DNA of 64,000 nucleotides, taken from assembly GCF_058153355.1 (NCBI RefSeq), contig NZ_CM177019.1. One strand, written 5' to 3'. A program made the translations under genes and the position numbers. Positions 46,569 through 57,730 of this stretch are shown one piece after another; position 1 is the first letter of the stretch, and every line of letters begins with the position of its first letter. The notes below the pieces were generated by a model, which saw only the letters and a program-made list of their open reading frames with translations, was not told the origin of the DNA and did no database searches.

Positions 46569-46772
46569 GCTGGCCTGAAGCATTCACAACGGTAGGAATT
46601 GCGATGGCGGTGGCGCTGGTGGTGTATTCGATTTGCCGCTGGGGATAAATCGCCGAAAAAAGATCCCGACACAAACATGAGCCGGAATCTTTGATTTATA
46701 TAGCCTACGAATCCGCCAGTAAGAGAGGGGGCGGACGGTTTATTCTAACACCGGAATGATGTGTGTAAAAGT

Positions 46773-47072
46773 TTATAAGAAATCGGTTTCATAACTTTGC
46801 CCACCATGATAGATACCGACAATAAAGACTTTTCTGCCATCAACGGCAAAAGCAATAATCGTTCTGTGGCGGAAATGAGTTACCCGCATTCCCTGGCGAA
46901 TATCATCGCGTTTATTGCCCCGATGCGGGAATGTAGAAAACCCATCAAGATAATCAAGAAGCGCATTGGCATAATTGTCAGCAATAACGCTCCCTGCTTT
47001 CTCCGTTATATATCTGTGCAGGTCGATTATCTGTTGTTCGGCCTCCGGAGTAATGATGACTTCATATGTCAT
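46773..47072 (-). CDS. ParE/RelE-family toxin
   Basis: 99-aa ORF MTYEVIITPEAEQQIIDLHRYI, typical ParE N-terminus. Confidence 0.7.
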   Translation of the reverse strand: MTYEVIITPEAEQQIIDLHRYITEKAGSVIADNYANALLDYLDGFSTFPHRGNKRDDIRQGMRVTHFRHRTIIAFAVDGRKVFIVGIYHGGQSYETDFL

Positions 47073-47077
47073 GCAGA

Positions 47078-47335
47078 TTACTTCCCGGATCGAATCGCGG
47101 CGCGAACCTGTGAAATGGAGCGTCCGTTGTTTGGGTTTTCGCGGATAGAATCAAGAGAGGGGGCGGCTGAATGCGTTAACCATGCTTCGATTGCTTTATC
47201 GCGCTCATTCAGTGCGCGAAGCCCTTCACGAATGACCTCGCTTTCTGAAGCATAGGCACCGGAAGCCACACGGGCGCGCACCATGTCAGCCATCTCGTTA
47301 GTTAATGTAATGCTGAATTGTTGGGTTGTACGCAT
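47078..47335 (-). CDS. ParD-family RHH antitoxin
   Basis: Start placed at MRTTQQFSITLTNEMADMVRARVASGAYASESEVIREGLRAL within ORF 47078-47398. Confidence 0.7.
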   Translation of the reverse strand: MRTTQQFSITLTNEMADMVRARVASGAYASESEVIREGLRALNERDKAIEAWLTHSAAPSLDSIRENPNNGRSISQVRAAIRSGK

Positions 47336-47473
47336 GGTAAACCTCACAGAGTAGGATAGAACACTATTCGATGATAGCACGCTGCCTGTTGACGACAACA
47401 GAAATCAGAGACAATATTGCCGCACGCCAGCCTGAACAACTGGCACCTGCTGCGTCAGCAGAGAAAACTGATG

Positions 47474-47749
47474 GCGCACGATACCAAATTACACAATTCT
47501 GATAATTCAGCCGTCTTTGCCAGCAGGCACGGGCGGCGTACTCACGCATTCAAATATGACTGGTATCAGCATGACCCCTGCACCGAAGAACAGGCTGAAT
47601 GGCTGATTCAGCGCTACCGCAGACACGGATACGAGATTAAGAAAGCCCTCAGCCTCGATTATCGTCACTGGATAATCTTCGTCAGGCTCCCTTATTCCGA
47701 ACGCCCACCGCGTCCGTCCCGCACATTCCAGCAACGCATCTGGAGGTAA
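47474..47749 (+). CDS. hypothetical phage protein
   Basis: Start placed at internal Met of ORF 47417-47749. Confidence 0.3.
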   Translation, partial: AHDTKLHNSDNSAVFASRHGRRTHAFKYDWYQHDPCTEEQAEWLIQRYRRHGYEIKKALSLDYRHWIIFVRLPYSERPPRPSRTFQQRIWR

Positions 47750-47750
47750 C

Positions 47751-48806
47751 GTGCGGGTATTACTTAGACCTGTTCTGGTACCGGAACTCGGGCTGGTGGT
47801 TCTTAAGCCTGGTCGTGAATCCATGCAGGTATTTCATAACCCTCGCGTGCTGGTGGAGCCGGAACCGAAAAGCATGCGTGGTCTGCCGTCCGGAGTCGTG
47901 CCTGCCGTTCGCCAGCCGCTGGCGGAGGACAAATCATTACTGCCATTTTTCAGCGATGAGCGTGTGATTCGTGCTGCAGGTGGTGCTGGTGCACTGTCTG
48001 ACTGGCTGTTGCGTCATGTCAAATCCTGCCAGTGGCCTCATGGTGACTATCATCACAGTGAAACCGTCATACATCGTTACGGTACCGGCGCGATGGTGTT
48101 GTGCTGGCACTGCGACAACCAGCTGCGTGACCAGACCTCCGAATCACTCGGGCAACTTGCTCATCAAAACCTGTCAGCATGGATGATTGACGTCATACGC
48201 CATGCAATGAATGGCACACAGGAGCGGGAATTATCGCTGGCTGAATTATCCTGGTGGGCGGTCTGCAATCAGGTGGCGGATGCGCTACCAGAGGCAGCAT
48301 TACGTCGTTCTCTGGGGTTACGTGCGGAAAAAATCCGCTCGGTGTACCGCGAAAGCGACATCATACCGGGAGAACAGACAGCCACCAGCATCCTGAAACA
48401 GCGCACAAAAAATCTTGCGCCGCTGCCTCACGCCCACCAGCAAAACCCGCCACAGGAAAAGACGGTGGTCAGCATTGCCGTTGATCCGGAGTCACCGGCT
48501 CAGTATCTCCAGCGCCAGAAACCACAACGGGAAGAGATGCCCGTATACACGCGCTGGGTAAAAACGCAGAAATGCATGACGTGTGGCAATCAGGCAGATG
48601 ATCCGCATCACATCATTGGTCATGGACTGGGAGGGATGGGAACAAAGGCTGATGATTTGTTTGTTATTCCGCTGTGCCGTAAATGCCATAGCGAACTACA
48701 CGCCGGGGTAAAAGATTTTGAAGAAAAACACGGCAGCCAGCTGTTGTTGCTGATTCGTTTTTTAATGCACGCGAGAAATTCGGGTGTTCTGAAGTGGAAA
48801 GCATAA
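47751..48806 (+). CDS. phage protein with Cys/His-rich C-terminal motif
   Basis: C-terminal CMTCGNQADDPHHIIGH...CRKCHSELH; start uncertain. Confidence 0.4.
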   Translation: MRVLLRPVLVPELGLVVLKPGRESMQVFHNPRVLVEPEPKSMRGLPSGVVPAVRQPLAEDKSLLPFFSDERVIRAAGGAGALSDWLLRHVKSCQWPHGDYHHSETVIHRYGTGAMVLCWHCDNQLRDQTSESLGQLAHQNLSAWMIDVIRHAMNGTQERELSLAELSWWAVCNQVADALPEAALRRSLGLRAEKIRSVYRESDIIPGEQTATSILKQRTKNLAPLPHAHQQNPPQEKTVVSIAVDPESPAQYLQRQKPQREEMPVYTRWVKTQKCMTCGNQADDPHHIIGHGLGGMGTKADDLFVIPLCRKCHSELHAGVKDFEEKHGSQLLLLIRFLMHARNSGVLKWKA

Positions 48807-49187
48807 ATGACTGAACGTACAGAATTCGTTTTGCCTTACCCGCCGACGGTGAACACTTACTGGCGGCGTCGTGGTGGAACGTACTTTATATCGGAAACGG
48901 GAAAGCGTTATCGCCGGGATGTGGCGCTTATTGTCCGTCAGCAGCGACTGAAATTAAGCCTGTCCGGAAGACTGGCGATAAAGATTATTGCAGAGCCACC
49001 GGATAAGCGCCGTCGTGACCTGGACAATATCCTGAAGGCACCACTGGATGCGCTGACGCATGCCGGACTACTTATAGACGACGAGCAGTTTGATGAAATC
49101 AATATTGTGCGCGGTCAGGTCGTTCCTGGTGGGCGACTGGGCGTGAAGATTTACGAAATAATGCATGACGGGCAGGTCAAAAAATGA
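48807..49187 (+). CDS. rusA: RusA-family Holliday junction resolvase
   Basis: 126 aa with RusA-like core (PDKRRRDLDNILKAPLDALTHAG). Confidence 0.75.
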   Translation: MTERTEFVLPYPPTVNTYWRRRGGTYFISETGKRYRRDVALIVRQQRLKLSLSGRLAIKIIAEPPDKRRRDLDNILKAPLDALTHAGLLIDDEQFDEINIVRGQVVPGGRLGVKIYEIMHDGQVKK

Positions 49188-50005
49188 AGCTGGAAGATTT
49201 ACCGAAATACTATTCCCCAAAATCGCCAGGCCTGACTGATGCATCCGCCTCGACGTCAAAAGATGCGCTGAGTATCACTGATGTGATGGCTGCGCAGGGT
49301 ATGACACAAAACCTGGCTGAGATGGGATTTTCTGCGTTCCTGGGGAAAATGGGCATCAGTATGAATGACAGGGCGCGGGCAACAGAATTACTGGCAGATT
49401 ATGCACTCAGTCGGTGCGATCGCGTGGCGGCGTTAAGAAAACTTCCGGCAGAAATAAAACCGACAGTGATGCGCATTATGGCTTCGTACGCTTTTGAGGA
49501 TTATGCCCGCAGCGCAGCGAGTAAAAAGCAATGCCCTTGTTGCCGGGGGGAAAAATTTATTGAAAGCGAGGTTTTTACAAACAAGGTTCAGTATCCGGAT
49601 GGCAAGCCGCCAGTATGGGCAAAGTGTACGAAAGGTGTGTATCCGTCTTACTGGGAAGAATGGAAAAAAGTCCGGGAGGTGGTGAAGGTTTCCTGTCCTG
49701 AATGCAAAGGGAAGGGGGAGATTTCCACTGCCTGTAAAGACTGTCGTGGGCGTGGTGTCGCCATTCATCGTGAAGAGTCGGAAAAACGGGGCATGCCTGT
49801 TATCAGGGACTGCCAGCGTTGTGGCGGTCGGGGCTATGAAAGGCTGCCATCAACGGAGGCATTTAATGCCATATGCAAAGTGACGAGTGCTATTACACTT
49901 GATACGTGGAAAAAATCAGTGAAGCGCTTTTACGATACGTTGGTGGTTCGGTTTGACATTGAAGAGGCATGGGCGGAGCGGCAGTTAAAGAGGGTAATGC
50001 GATAG
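49184..50005 (+). CDS. late-gene antiterminator Q-like protein
   Basis: 273 aa with several CxxC zinc-finger pairs; lies between rusA and the lysis cassette. Confidence 0.55.
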   Translation: MKLEDLPKYYSPKSPGLTDASASTSKDALSITDVMAAQGMTQNLAEMGFSAFLGKMGISMNDRARATELLADYALSRCDRVAALRKLPAEIKPTVMRIMASYAFEDYARSAASKKQCPCCRGEKFIESEVFTNKVQYPDGKPPVWAKCTKGVYPSYWEEWKKVREVVKVSCPECKGKGEISTACKDCRGRGVAIHREESEKRGMPVIRDCQRCGGRGYERLPSTEAFNAICKVTSAITLDTWKKSVKRFYDTLVVRFDIEEAWAERQLKRVMR

Positions 50006-50007
50006 TG

Positions 50008-50108
50008 TTGTTGATTTTTCCCGAATTTGTGGTAAATTCGCCATAAAGATGGGCGTTTTGTGCCTGACGTTAGAGAAATTTTTACAGCCCGCCATCGAGC
50101 GGGTTTTT
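50008..50108 (+). promoter_or_regulatory. candidate late promoter and Q-dependent terminator (PR-prime and tR-prime equivalent)
   Basis: TTGATT...TAAATT promoter-like hexamers just after the Q stop, then hairpin CCCGCCATCGAGCGGG-TTTTTTG. Confidence 0.45.
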
Positions 50109-50232
50109 TGTGCCAGAAAAACGGTACAGAACATTAAACGCGCTGGTGGTTGCGAATACTGGTCTTTCAGCTTGCTGGCTGTTTCGACAAGAGTTATTGG
50201 TATGTCACGTTAACCGGAAAAGGGAAAAAGGC

Positions 50233-50430
50233 ATGCTAAAACAGCAGGATATGACCGAAACCGCCAGAGTGGTGTTTAATGAATTAAGCGTCACCGAACC
50301 GGCGACCGTCGGGGAAATTGCGCAGAACATTTATCTTTCACGCGAACGCTGCCAGTTAATACTGACCCAGCTTGTTATGGCGGGTCTGGCAGATTATCAG
50401 TTCGGTTGTTACAGACGCCTTCCGCAGTGA
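50233..50430 (+). CDS. hypothetical small phage protein
   Basis: Start at internal Met of ORF 50110-50430; weak ribosome-binding site. Confidence 0.25.
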   Translation: MLKQQDMTETARVVFNELSVTEPATVGEIAQNIYLSRERCQLILTQLVMAGLADYQFGCYRRLPQ

Positions 50431-50580
50431 AGGCTTTTTTATTTGTGGTAATGGGCGGCTGGTGGGTGTTAGCGGCACCTGCCAGCCATCTGCTCATGCG
50501 TTGGGATCACAAGCAAACCTCAGGCCCATCTGCTTTGCGCAAAAGCAGAATGAGCCTATCAGAGAAGTGCTTATTGATCT

Positions 50581-51633
50581 ATGACTAATACTGTAAAAAT
50601 ATCCAGTTGTGAGTTAATCAACGCTGATTGCCTGGAATTTATCCAGACCTTACCGGAAAACTCTGTCGATCTGATAGTCACAGACCCGCCATACTTTAAA
50701 GTGAAGCCCGAGGGCTGGGATAACCAGTGGAAGGGCGACGAGGATTACCTGAAATGGCTGGATCAGTGTCTGGCGCAATTCTGGCGGGTACTGAAGCCTG
50801 CCGGAAGTCTCTACCTGTTCTGTGGTCATCGCCTGGCATCTGATATCGAAATCATGATGCGTGAGCACTTTAATGTGCTGAACCACATTATCTGGGCGAA
50901 GCCGTCCGGACGCTGGAACGGATGCAGCAAGGAAAGCCTGCGGGCGTATTTCCCGGCAACAGAACGCATTCTGTTTGCAGAACATTATCAGGGGCCATAC
51001 CAGCCCAAAAATGACGGCTATGCGGCAAAGGGGCGCGAACTAAAACAGCACGTCATGGCCCCGCTGATTTCTTACTTTCGTGATGCGCGTGAATCACTGG
51101 GAATAACGTCAAAACAGATAGCGGAAGCCACCGGAAAGAAAAACATGGCTTCGCACTGGTTTGGTACCAGTCAGTGGCAATTACCGAACGAGGTTGATTA
51201 CAACAAATTGCAGGCGTTGTTTGCGCGTGTTGCGGCAGAAAAACATCAGCGCGGGGAACTGGAAAAGCCACACCACCAGCTGGTGGCATCTTATGATTCA
51301 CTTAATCGCAAATATTCTGAATTGCTGGATGAGTTTAAATCTCTCCGGCGCTATTTCTCCGTATCAGTATCCGTGCCTTATACCGATGTCTGGATGCATA
51401 AGCCCGTTCAGTTCTACCCGGGTAAACATCCGTGCGAGAAACCGGCGGATATGCTCAGGCAAATAATCAATGCCAGTAGTCGACCTGGTGATCTGGTTGC
51501 TGATTTTTTTATGGGATCCGGTTCCACAATAAAAGCAGCAATGGCGCTGGGGCGTCGGGCCTTAGGTGTTGAGCTTGAGTCAGAGCGGTTTAACCAGACA
51601 GTGAAAGAGATAAACGAGCTGGTGGGGAAATAA
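50581..51633 (+). CDS. DNA methyltransferase (likely N6-adenine; DPPY motif IV before FxGSG motif I)
   Basis: VTDPPYF near N-terminus and FFMGSGST near C-terminus; no adjacent restriction enzyme. Confidence 0.7.
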   Translation: MTNTVKISSCELINADCLEFIQTLPENSVDLIVTDPPYFKVKPEGWDNQWKGDEDYLKWLDQCLAQFWRVLKPAGSLYLFCGHRLASDIEIMMREHFNVLNHIIWAKPSGRWNGCSKESLRAYFPATERILFAEHYQGPYQPKNDGYAAKGRELKQHVMAPLISYFRDARESLGITSKQIAEATGKKNMASHWFGTSQWQLPNEVDYNKLQALFARVAAEKHQRGELEKPHHQLVASYDSLNRKYSELLDEFKSLRRYFSVSVSVPYTDVWMHKPVQFYPGKHPCEKPADMLRQIINASSRPGDLVADFFMGSGSTIKAAMALGRRALGVELESERFNQTVKEINELVGK

Positions 51634-51700
51634 TCTGGTGGCCACGTCAGGTGGCCTTTTTATTTCCATTACACAGCACCCGCATCTGCGAGGTGGGGTT

Positions 51701-51916
51701 ATGAAATCCATGGATAAGTTAACAACGGGTGTCGCCTATGGCACCTCAGCAGGTAGTGCTGGCTACTGGTTTTTACAGTGGCTTGATCAGGTCAGTCCGT
51801 CACAGTGGGCTGCGATTGGTGTACTGGGGAGTCTGGTTCTGGGCTTTCTGACTTATCTGACGAATCTGTATTTCAAAATAAGAGAAGACAAGCGTAAGGC
51901 TGCGAGAGGTGAATAA
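51701..51916 (+). CDS. phage-21-type class II holin (pinholin) with dual start MKSMDK
   Basis: [53 protein letters not shown] closely resembles S21. Confidence 0.8.
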   Translation: MKSMDKLTTGVAYGTSAGSAGYWFLQWLDQVSPSQWAAIGVLGSLVLGFLTYLTNLYFKIREDKRKAARGE

Positions 51917-52413
51917 TGTCGCCATCATTACGCAAGGCTGTTGCAGTTGCTATTGGTGGTGGGGCTATTGCCATAGCGTCTGTGCTCATCACTGGCCCAG
52001 GTGGTAACGATGGTCTGGAAGGTGTCAGCTACATACCATACAAAGATATCGTTGGCGTATGGACTGTATGCCACGGACACACCGGAAAAGACATCATGCT
52101 CGGTAAAACGTATACCGAAGCAGAATGCAAAGCCCTCCTGAATAAAGACCTTGCCACTGTCGCCAGACAAATTAACCCGTACATCAAAGTCGATATACCG
52201 GAAACAACGCGCGGCGCTCTTTACTCGTTCGTTTACAACGTGGGCGCTGGCAATTTCAGAACATCGACGCTTCTTCGCAAAATAAACCAGGGCGATATCA
52301 AAGGCGCATGTGACCAGCTACGTCGCTGGACATATGCTGGCGGTAAGCAATGGAAAGGGCTGATGACCCGTCGTGAGATTGAGCGTGAAGTCTGTTTGTG
52401 GGGGCAGCAATGA
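51916..52413 (+). CDS. SAR endolysin (lysozyme with N-terminal signal-anchor-release domain)
   Basis: N-terminal Gly/Ala-rich TM segment [23 protein letters not shown] followed by a lysozyme-like domain. Confidence 0.75.
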   Translation: MSPSLRKAVAVAIGGGAIAIASVLITGPGGNDGLEGVSYIPYKDIVGVWTVCHGHTGKDIMLGKTYTEAECKALLNKDLATVARQINPYIKVDIPETTRGALYSFVYNVGAGNFRTSTLLRKINQGDIKGACDQLRRWTYAGGKQWKGLMTRREIEREVCLWGQQ

Positions 52414-52874
52414 GCAGAGTCACCGCGATTATCTCCGCTCTGGTTATCTGCATCATCGTCTGCCTGTCATGGGCTGTTAATCATTACCGTGATAACGCCA
52501 TTACCTACAAAGAGCAGCGCGACAAAAACGCAAGAGAACTGAAGCTGGCGAACGCAACCATTACTGACATGCAGCAGAGACAGCGTGATGTTAATGCACT
52601 CGATGCTAAATACACGAAGGAGTTAGCTGATGCGAAAGCTGAAAATGAAACTCTGCGCGCTGATGTTGCCGCTGGTCGTCGTCGGTTGCACATCAAAGCA
52701 GTCTGTCAGTCAGTGCGTGAAGCCACCACCGCCTCCGGCGTGGATAATGCAACCAGCCCCCGACTGGCAGACACCGCTGAACGGGATTATTTCACCCTCA
52801 GAGAGCGGCTGATGACGATGCAGATGCAACTGGAAGGGGCACAGGAGTATATCCGCACTCAGTGCATTAAGTAG
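52398..52874 (+). CDS. i-spanin (Rz)
   Basis: N-terminal TM segment then coiled-coil; follows the endolysin. Confidence 0.7.
   Translation: MGAAMSRVTAIISALVICIIVCLSWAVNHYRDNAITYKEQRDKNARELKLANATITDMQQRQRDVNALDAKYTKELADAKAENETLRADVAAGRRRLHIKAVCQSVREATTASGVDNATSPRLADTAERDYFTLRERLMTMQMQLEGAQEYIRTQCIK
52630..52812 (+). CDS. o-spanin (Rz1) embedded in Rz in another frame
   Basis: Lipobox LVVVGC and proline-rich PPPPPAW; entirely inside the Rz gene. Confidence 0.7.
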   Translation: MRKLKMKLCALMLPLVVVGCTSKQSVSQCVKPPPPPAWIMQPAPDWQTPLNGIISPSESG

Positions 52875-52916
52875 CCTTTTTATCGTGGTAAACATTTCGC
52901 AGGGTATGAGGTATTT

Positions 52917-53267
52917 ATGCCATCACTAATCCCACGTGCCTGCCGTAAGCGAGGCTGCGCAGGCACAACAACAGACAGCTCTGGCTACTGTGATAAACAT
53001 CGCGGTGAAGGCTGGGTGCAGCACCAGCGCGGACTGAGCTGCCACCAGCGTGGCTATGGCTCAAAATGGACGGTGATTCGTGCCCGTATTCTGAAGCGCG
53101 ATAAAGGTCTGTGTCAGTTGTGTCTGCGTGTCGGTGTGGTGAGCGAGGCGAAAACCGTCGACCACATCATCCCGAAAGCGCATGGCGGAACAGACGCAGA
53201 CAGCAACCTGCAGAGTCTGTGCTGGCCCTGCCATAAAGCGAAAACAGCGCGCGAACGAATCAGGTGA
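52917..53267 (+). CDS. HNH endonuclease
   Basis: Cys-rich 116-aa protein with HNH-like DHIIPKAHGGTD...CWPCH, upstream of terminase genes. Confidence 0.65.
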   Translation: MPSLIPRACRKRGCAGTTTDSSGYCDKHRGEGWVQHQRGLSCHQRGYGSKWTVIRARILKRDKGLCQLCLRVGVVSEAKTVDHIIPKAHGGTDADSNLQSLCWPCHKAKTARERIR

Positions 53268-53414
53268 TAATTATTCTCACTTGTAGGGAGGGGCGGGGCA
53301 AATCCCTGCAGCCCTGGCTGTCCGGGACCGCCCGCCAACCCTTCCTCGCATCGCCGCAGGTTCGAAAACTTTTTTTTGGGAATGCGATCAAACGATTGAT
53401 AGGTAAAATCGATT

Positions 53415-53897
53415 ATGTCAGGACCCCCGAAAAACCCGCCACGCCTGCATTTGATACGAGGCAATCCCTCAAAGCGTCCCGTTAAAGACGCCAAAAAAAA
53501 CGCTAAAAAGGACGAAAAAGGTCTCCCTAAAATTCCGCAGCATTTAGGGGCGCAGGGAAAGTACTGGTTCAGGCGAATGGCGGAAGAGCTGAATGCGGAA
53601 GGGATCATTTCTCAGCTTGATGCGCGTGCACTCGAGTTGCTGGTGGAAGCCTACACCGAATACCGGCATCACTGCGAAACCCTCGATGTTGAGGGTTATA
53701 CCTACCGCACGGAAACGCAGAACGGTGATGTGCTGATTAAGGCACACCCGGCTGCTGCGATGAAAGCGGATGCCTGGAAGCGGATCCGGGCGATGCTTGC
53801 AGAATTTGGTATGTCACCGGCAAGCCGGGCGAAAGTAAATATCGCCGGACCGGATGATGTTGATCCGCTGGCAGAACTTTTAAAAGCGAGAGACTGA
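53415..53897 (+). CDS. terminase small subunit
   Basis: 160-aa basic protein directly upstream of the large terminase. Confidence 0.6.
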   Translation: MSGPPKNPPRLHLIRGNPSKRPVKDAKKNAKKDEKGLPKIPQHLGAQGKYWFRRMAEELNAEGIISQLDARALELLVEAYTEYRHHCETLDVEGYTYRTETQNGDVLIKAHPAAAMKADAWKRIRAMLAEFGMSPASRAKVNIAGPDDVDPLAELLKARD

Positions 53898-55654
53898 TGG
53901 CAAAAGTGGCTGACGGGATCCGCTACGCCGAACGTGTTGTTGCAGGAGAAATTGTCGCTGGTGAATTTGTCCGTCTGGCCTGCCAGCGTTTTCTTGATGA
54001 TCTGAAGTACGGCGAAGAGCGGGGGATTTATTTCAGTGAACCCCGTGCGCAGCACATCCTGAATTTCTACAAATTTGTGCCCCATGTAAAAGGGGCGCTG
54101 GCAGGTCAGCCCATTGAGTTGATGGACTGGCATGTGTTTATCCTCATTAATATTTTTGGTTTTGTCATTCCGCTGGTGAATGAAGAGACCGGGGAAGTTG
54201 TCATGCGCAGCGATGGCAGCGGACGCCCGGTGATGGTGCGCCGTTTCCGGACAGCGTACAACGAAGTCGCCCGTAAAAACGCAAAATCAACCCTGTCATC
54301 AGGTATCGGTCTGTATATGACGGGGGCAGATGGTGAAGGCGGGGCTGAGGTGTATTCAGCCGCAACCACGCGTGACCAGGCCAGAATCGTGTTTGAAGAC
54401 GCCAAAAATATGGTCAGAAAAGCCCGGTCGACACTCGGGCGGTTGTTTGATTTCAACAAGCTGGCGATTTACCAGGAGCAGAGCGCATCAAAATTTGAAC
54501 CGCTTTCCTCGGATGCAAACAACCTGGATGGTCTGAACATCCACTGCGCCATTATTGATGAGCTGCATGCACATAAAACCCGCGACGTGTGGGACGTTCT
54601 GGAAACGGCAACCGGTGCCCGTCTGCAGTCCCTGTTATTTGGTATCACCACGGCTGGCTTTAACAAGGAAGGGATTTGTTACGAGCAGCGTGATTACGCC
54701 ATCAAGGTATTGCGTGGCTATAACAGCGACGTGGAGGGCGCGGTAAAAGACGACTCCTACTTTGCGATTATTTACACGCTCGATGAGGGAGATGATCCGT
54801 TTGATGAAACGGTCTGGCAGAAAGCGAATCCGGGCCTGGGCATCTGTAAACGCTGGGATGATCTGCGTCGTCTGGCGAAAAAAGCGAAAGAACAGGTCTC
54901 TGCGCGGGTGAATTTTTTCACCAAACACATGAACGTGTGGGTAACAGCAGAGTCTGCCTGGATGGATATGATTAAGTGGGAGAAGTGTGAATACATTGCC
55001 CCACGACATGAGCTGAAAACGTATCCCATGTGGGTCGGCGTTGACCTTGCTCATAAGATTGATATCTGTGCGGCGGCAAAACTCTGGCGAACGGATAACG
55101 GGCATGTTCATGCCGATTTTAAATTCTGGCTTCCGGAAGGACGGCTGGAACGATGCTCGCGGCAGCAGGCAGAACTTTACCGGAAGTGGGCGGAGATGGA
55201 TAAGCTCATCCTGACGGATGGTGATGTTATCGATCATGCTCAGATAAAAAGTGACCTACTGGAATGGACTGGCGGTGAAAACCTGAGGGAGCTGGGATTT
55301 GACCCGTGGAGCGCAATGCAGTTCAGTCTGGCGCTGGCTGAAGAAGGTATACCGCTGGTGGAGGTTCCGCAGACGGTCCGCAATCTGTCAGAGGCCATGA
55401 AGGAAACGGAATCACTGGTCTATGCCGGGCGTTTCCATCACAGCAATCACCCGGTCATGAACTGGATGATGTCTAACGTTACGGTAAAACCGGACAAAAA
55501 CGACAATATCTTCCCGAACAAATCCACGCCGGAAGCCAAAATCGACGGCCCTGTTGCGATGTTTACAGCAATGAGCCGGATGCTGGTCAATGGCGGTGAA
55601 CCGGAGCCGGATCTGTCTGAGCATCTGGTCAGCGTTGGTATTCGCTCGCTTTAA
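53897..55654 (+). CDS. terminase large subunit
   Basis: 585 aa in canonical position before portal. Confidence 0.7.
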   Translation: MAKVADGIRYAERVVAGEIVAGEFVRLACQRFLDDLKYGEERGIYFSEPRAQHILNFYKFVPHVKGALAGQPIELMDWHVFILINIFGFVIPLVNEETGEVVMRSDGSGRPVMVRRFRTAYNEVARKNAKSTLSSGIGLYMTGADGEGGAEVYSAATTRDQARIVFEDAKNMVRKARSTLGRLFDFNKLAIYQEQSASKFEPLSSDANNLDGLNIHCAIIDELHAHKTRDVWDVLETATGARLQSLLFGITTAGFNKEGICYEQRDYAIKVLRGYNSDVEGAVKDDSYFAIIYTLDEGDDPFDETVWQKANPGLGICKRWDDLRRLAKKAKEQVSARVNFFTKHMNVWVTAESAWMDMIKWEKCEYIAPRHELKTYPMWVGVDLAHKIDICAAAKLWRTDNGHVHADFKFWLPEGRLERCSRQQAELYRKWAEMDKLILTDGDVIDHAQIKSDLLEWTGGENLRELGFDPWSAMQFSLALAEEGIPLVEVPQTVRNLSEAMKETESLVYAGRFHHSNHPVMNWMMSNVTVKPDKNDNIFPNKSTPEAKIDGPVAMFTAMSRMLVNGGEPEPDLSEHLVSVGIRSL

Positions 55655-55665
55655 CCGAGGTCATT

Positions 55666-55848
55666 ATGTTTCTGATAATTCTCACGCCACTGGTGGGCGT
55701 GCTGGGGGCGCTTTTGCTGTCGTATGGCACATGGCTGATTTATCCCCCGGCAGGTTTTGTTGTTGCCGGGGCGCTGTGTCTGTGCTGGTCGTGGCTGGTT
55801 GCGCGTTATCTCGATCGCGGTCACCGGGTCGCCTCCGGAGGTGAGTAA
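55666..55848 (+). CDS. small hydrophobic phage protein
   Basis: 60-aa two-TM-like ORF between terminase and portal. Confidence 0.3.
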   Translation: MFLIILTPLVGVLGALLLSYGTWLIYPPAGFVVAGALCLCWSWLVARYLDRGHRVASGGE

Positions 55849-57089
55849 TGTTTTTCCAGGGGCTTTTTCAACGCAAAAATAACACCCCCGTCACAACGCC
55901 CGGGATGCTTGCGGAAGAGCTGGGGTTGTCATACGACACCTATACCGGAAAGCGGATCAGCAGCCAGCGGGCCATGCGGCTGACGGCGGTCTATTCCTGC
56001 GTCAGGGTGCTGGCTGAGTCTGTTGGTATGCTGCCCTGCAGTCTCTACAAAATCAGCGGCACCCTTAAAACACGGGCGGTGGATGAACGGCTGCATAAGC
56101 TGATTTCAGCAAAACCCAATGGCTACATGACGCCGCAGGAATTCTGGGAGCTGGTTATCGTCTGCCTGTGTCTGCGGGGGAATTTTTACGCTTACAAGGT
56201 GAAGGCGCTGGGGGAAGTTGTGGAGCTTCTTCCGATAGATCCGGGCTGTGTGGAACCGAAGCTGAACAGCCAGTGGCAGCCGGTTTATCAGGTGACGTTT
56301 CCGGATGGTTCCGTGGATGTGCTGACCCAGGATGAAATCTGGCATGTGCGTACTCTGACGCTGGACGGACTGGTCGGGCTGAATCCCATTGCGTATGCGC
56401 GTGAGGCCATTTCACTGGCAGCGGCAACCGAGGAGCACGGCGCCAGGTTGTTTGGTAATGGTGCGGTGACATCCGGTGTGTTGCGTACGGAACAAAAGCT
56501 CACGCCGGATGCTTATGAGCGCATGAAGAGGGATTTTGAGGAGCGTCATCTTGGGCTGGGTAATGCGCACCGTCCGATGATTCTGGAAATGGGGCTGGAC
56601 TGGAAGCCGGTGGCACTGAATGCCGAGGACAGCCAGTTCCTGGAAACCCGCAAGTTTCAGCTGGAAGAAATCTGTCGTCTTTTCCGCGTGCCACTGCATA
56701 TGGTGCAGAACACTGACCGCGCCACCTTCAACAATATTGAAGAGCTGGGGCTTGGCTTCATTAACTATTCCCTTGTGCCGTATCTGATCCGTATTGAACA
56801 GCGGATCAATACAGGGCTGGTGAGGGAGAGTAAACAGGGAAAATTTTACGCCAAATTTAATGCCGGGGCGTTGTTGCGCGGGGATATGAAATCCCGCTTT
56901 GAAGCGTATGCCACGGGAATTAACTGGGGTATTTATTCCCCGAATGACTGCCGTGATCTGGAAGATATGAACCCTCGCCCGGGCGGTGATGTGTATCTGA
57001 CACCGATGAACATGACCACCAGTCCCTCTGCTGGCGATGACAACGGTAAGAAAAAGGAGAGTGGAGATGCAGACAAAACAGCGTCTTGA
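55848..57089 (+). CDS. portal protein (HK97-like)
   Basis: 413 aa; followed by protease and capsid genes. Confidence 0.7.
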   Translation: MFFQGLFQRKNNTPVTTPGMLAEELGLSYDTYTGKRISSQRAMRLTAVYSCVRVLAESVGMLPCSLYKISGTLKTRAVDERLHKLISAKPNGYMTPQEFWELVIVCLCLRGNFYAYKVKALGEVVELLPIDPGCVEPKLNSQWQPVYQVTFPDGSVDVLTQDEIWHVRTLTLDGLVGLNPIAYAREAISLAAATEEHGARLFGNGAVTSGVLRTEQKLTPDAYERMKRDFEERHLGLGNAHRPMILEMGLDWKPVALNAEDSQFLETRKFQLEEICRLFRVPLHMVQNTDRATFNNIEELGLGFINYSLVPYLIRIEQRINTGLVRESKQGKFYAKFNAGALLRGDMKSRFEAYATGINWGIYSPNDCRDLEDMNPRPGGDVYLTPMNMTTSPSAGDDNGKKKESGDADKTAS

Positions 57090-57717
57090 TATACCGCTGA
57101 ACCTGAAATCCGTCAGTGATTCTGGTGAGTTTGAAGGTTACGGTTCTGTTTTTGGTGTTAAGGACAGCCACGATGATGTGGTGATGTCCGGGGCATTTGC
57201 TGCTTCCCTGCGGGCGTGGAGTGACAGAAAAGCGTTACCTGCGCTGCTCTGGCAGCACCGCATGGATGAACCCATCGGTGTGTACACCGAAATGAAGGAA
57301 GACGATGTCGGGCTTTACGTCAGGGGACGGTTGCTTATTGATGATGATCCCCTCGCAAAACGCGCACATGCACACATGAAGGCCGGTTCGTTAACCGGCC
57401 TTTCTGTTGGCTACATCCTGAAGGACTGGGAGTACGACCGGGGAAAAGGGGTATTCCTGCTGAAAGAGATCGACCTGTGGGAGGTCAGTCTGGTGACGTT
57501 TCCTTCCAATGATGAAGCACGCATCAGCGATGTGAAAAATGCGCTGGCGCGTGGGGAGATCCCTGATCAGAAAATTATTGAGCGAGTCCTGCGCGATGTT
57601 GGACTCTCGCGAACCCAGGCCAAAGCATTCATGGCCGGGGGATATGGCGCTTTATCCCTGCGTGATGCTGAGGATGTGGATGTCGCACTGAATGCACTGA
57701 AAAATCTTAAATTTTAA
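57067..57717 (+). CDS. prohead protease (HK97-like)
   Basis: Start placed at internal Met of ORF 57037-57717; between portal and capsid. Confidence 0.6.
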   Translation: MQTKQRLDIPLNLKSVSDSGEFEGYGSVFGVKDSHDDVVMSGAFAASLRAWSDRKALPALLWQHRMDEPIGVYTEMKEDDVGLYVRGRLLIDDDPLAKRAHAHMKAGSLTGLSVGYILKDWEYDRGKGVFLLKEIDLWEVSLVTFPSNDEARISDVKNALARGEIPDQKIIERVLRDVGLSRTQAKAFMAGGYGALSLRDAEDVDVALNALKNLKF

Positions 57718-57730
57718 CCAGGAGTAAATA

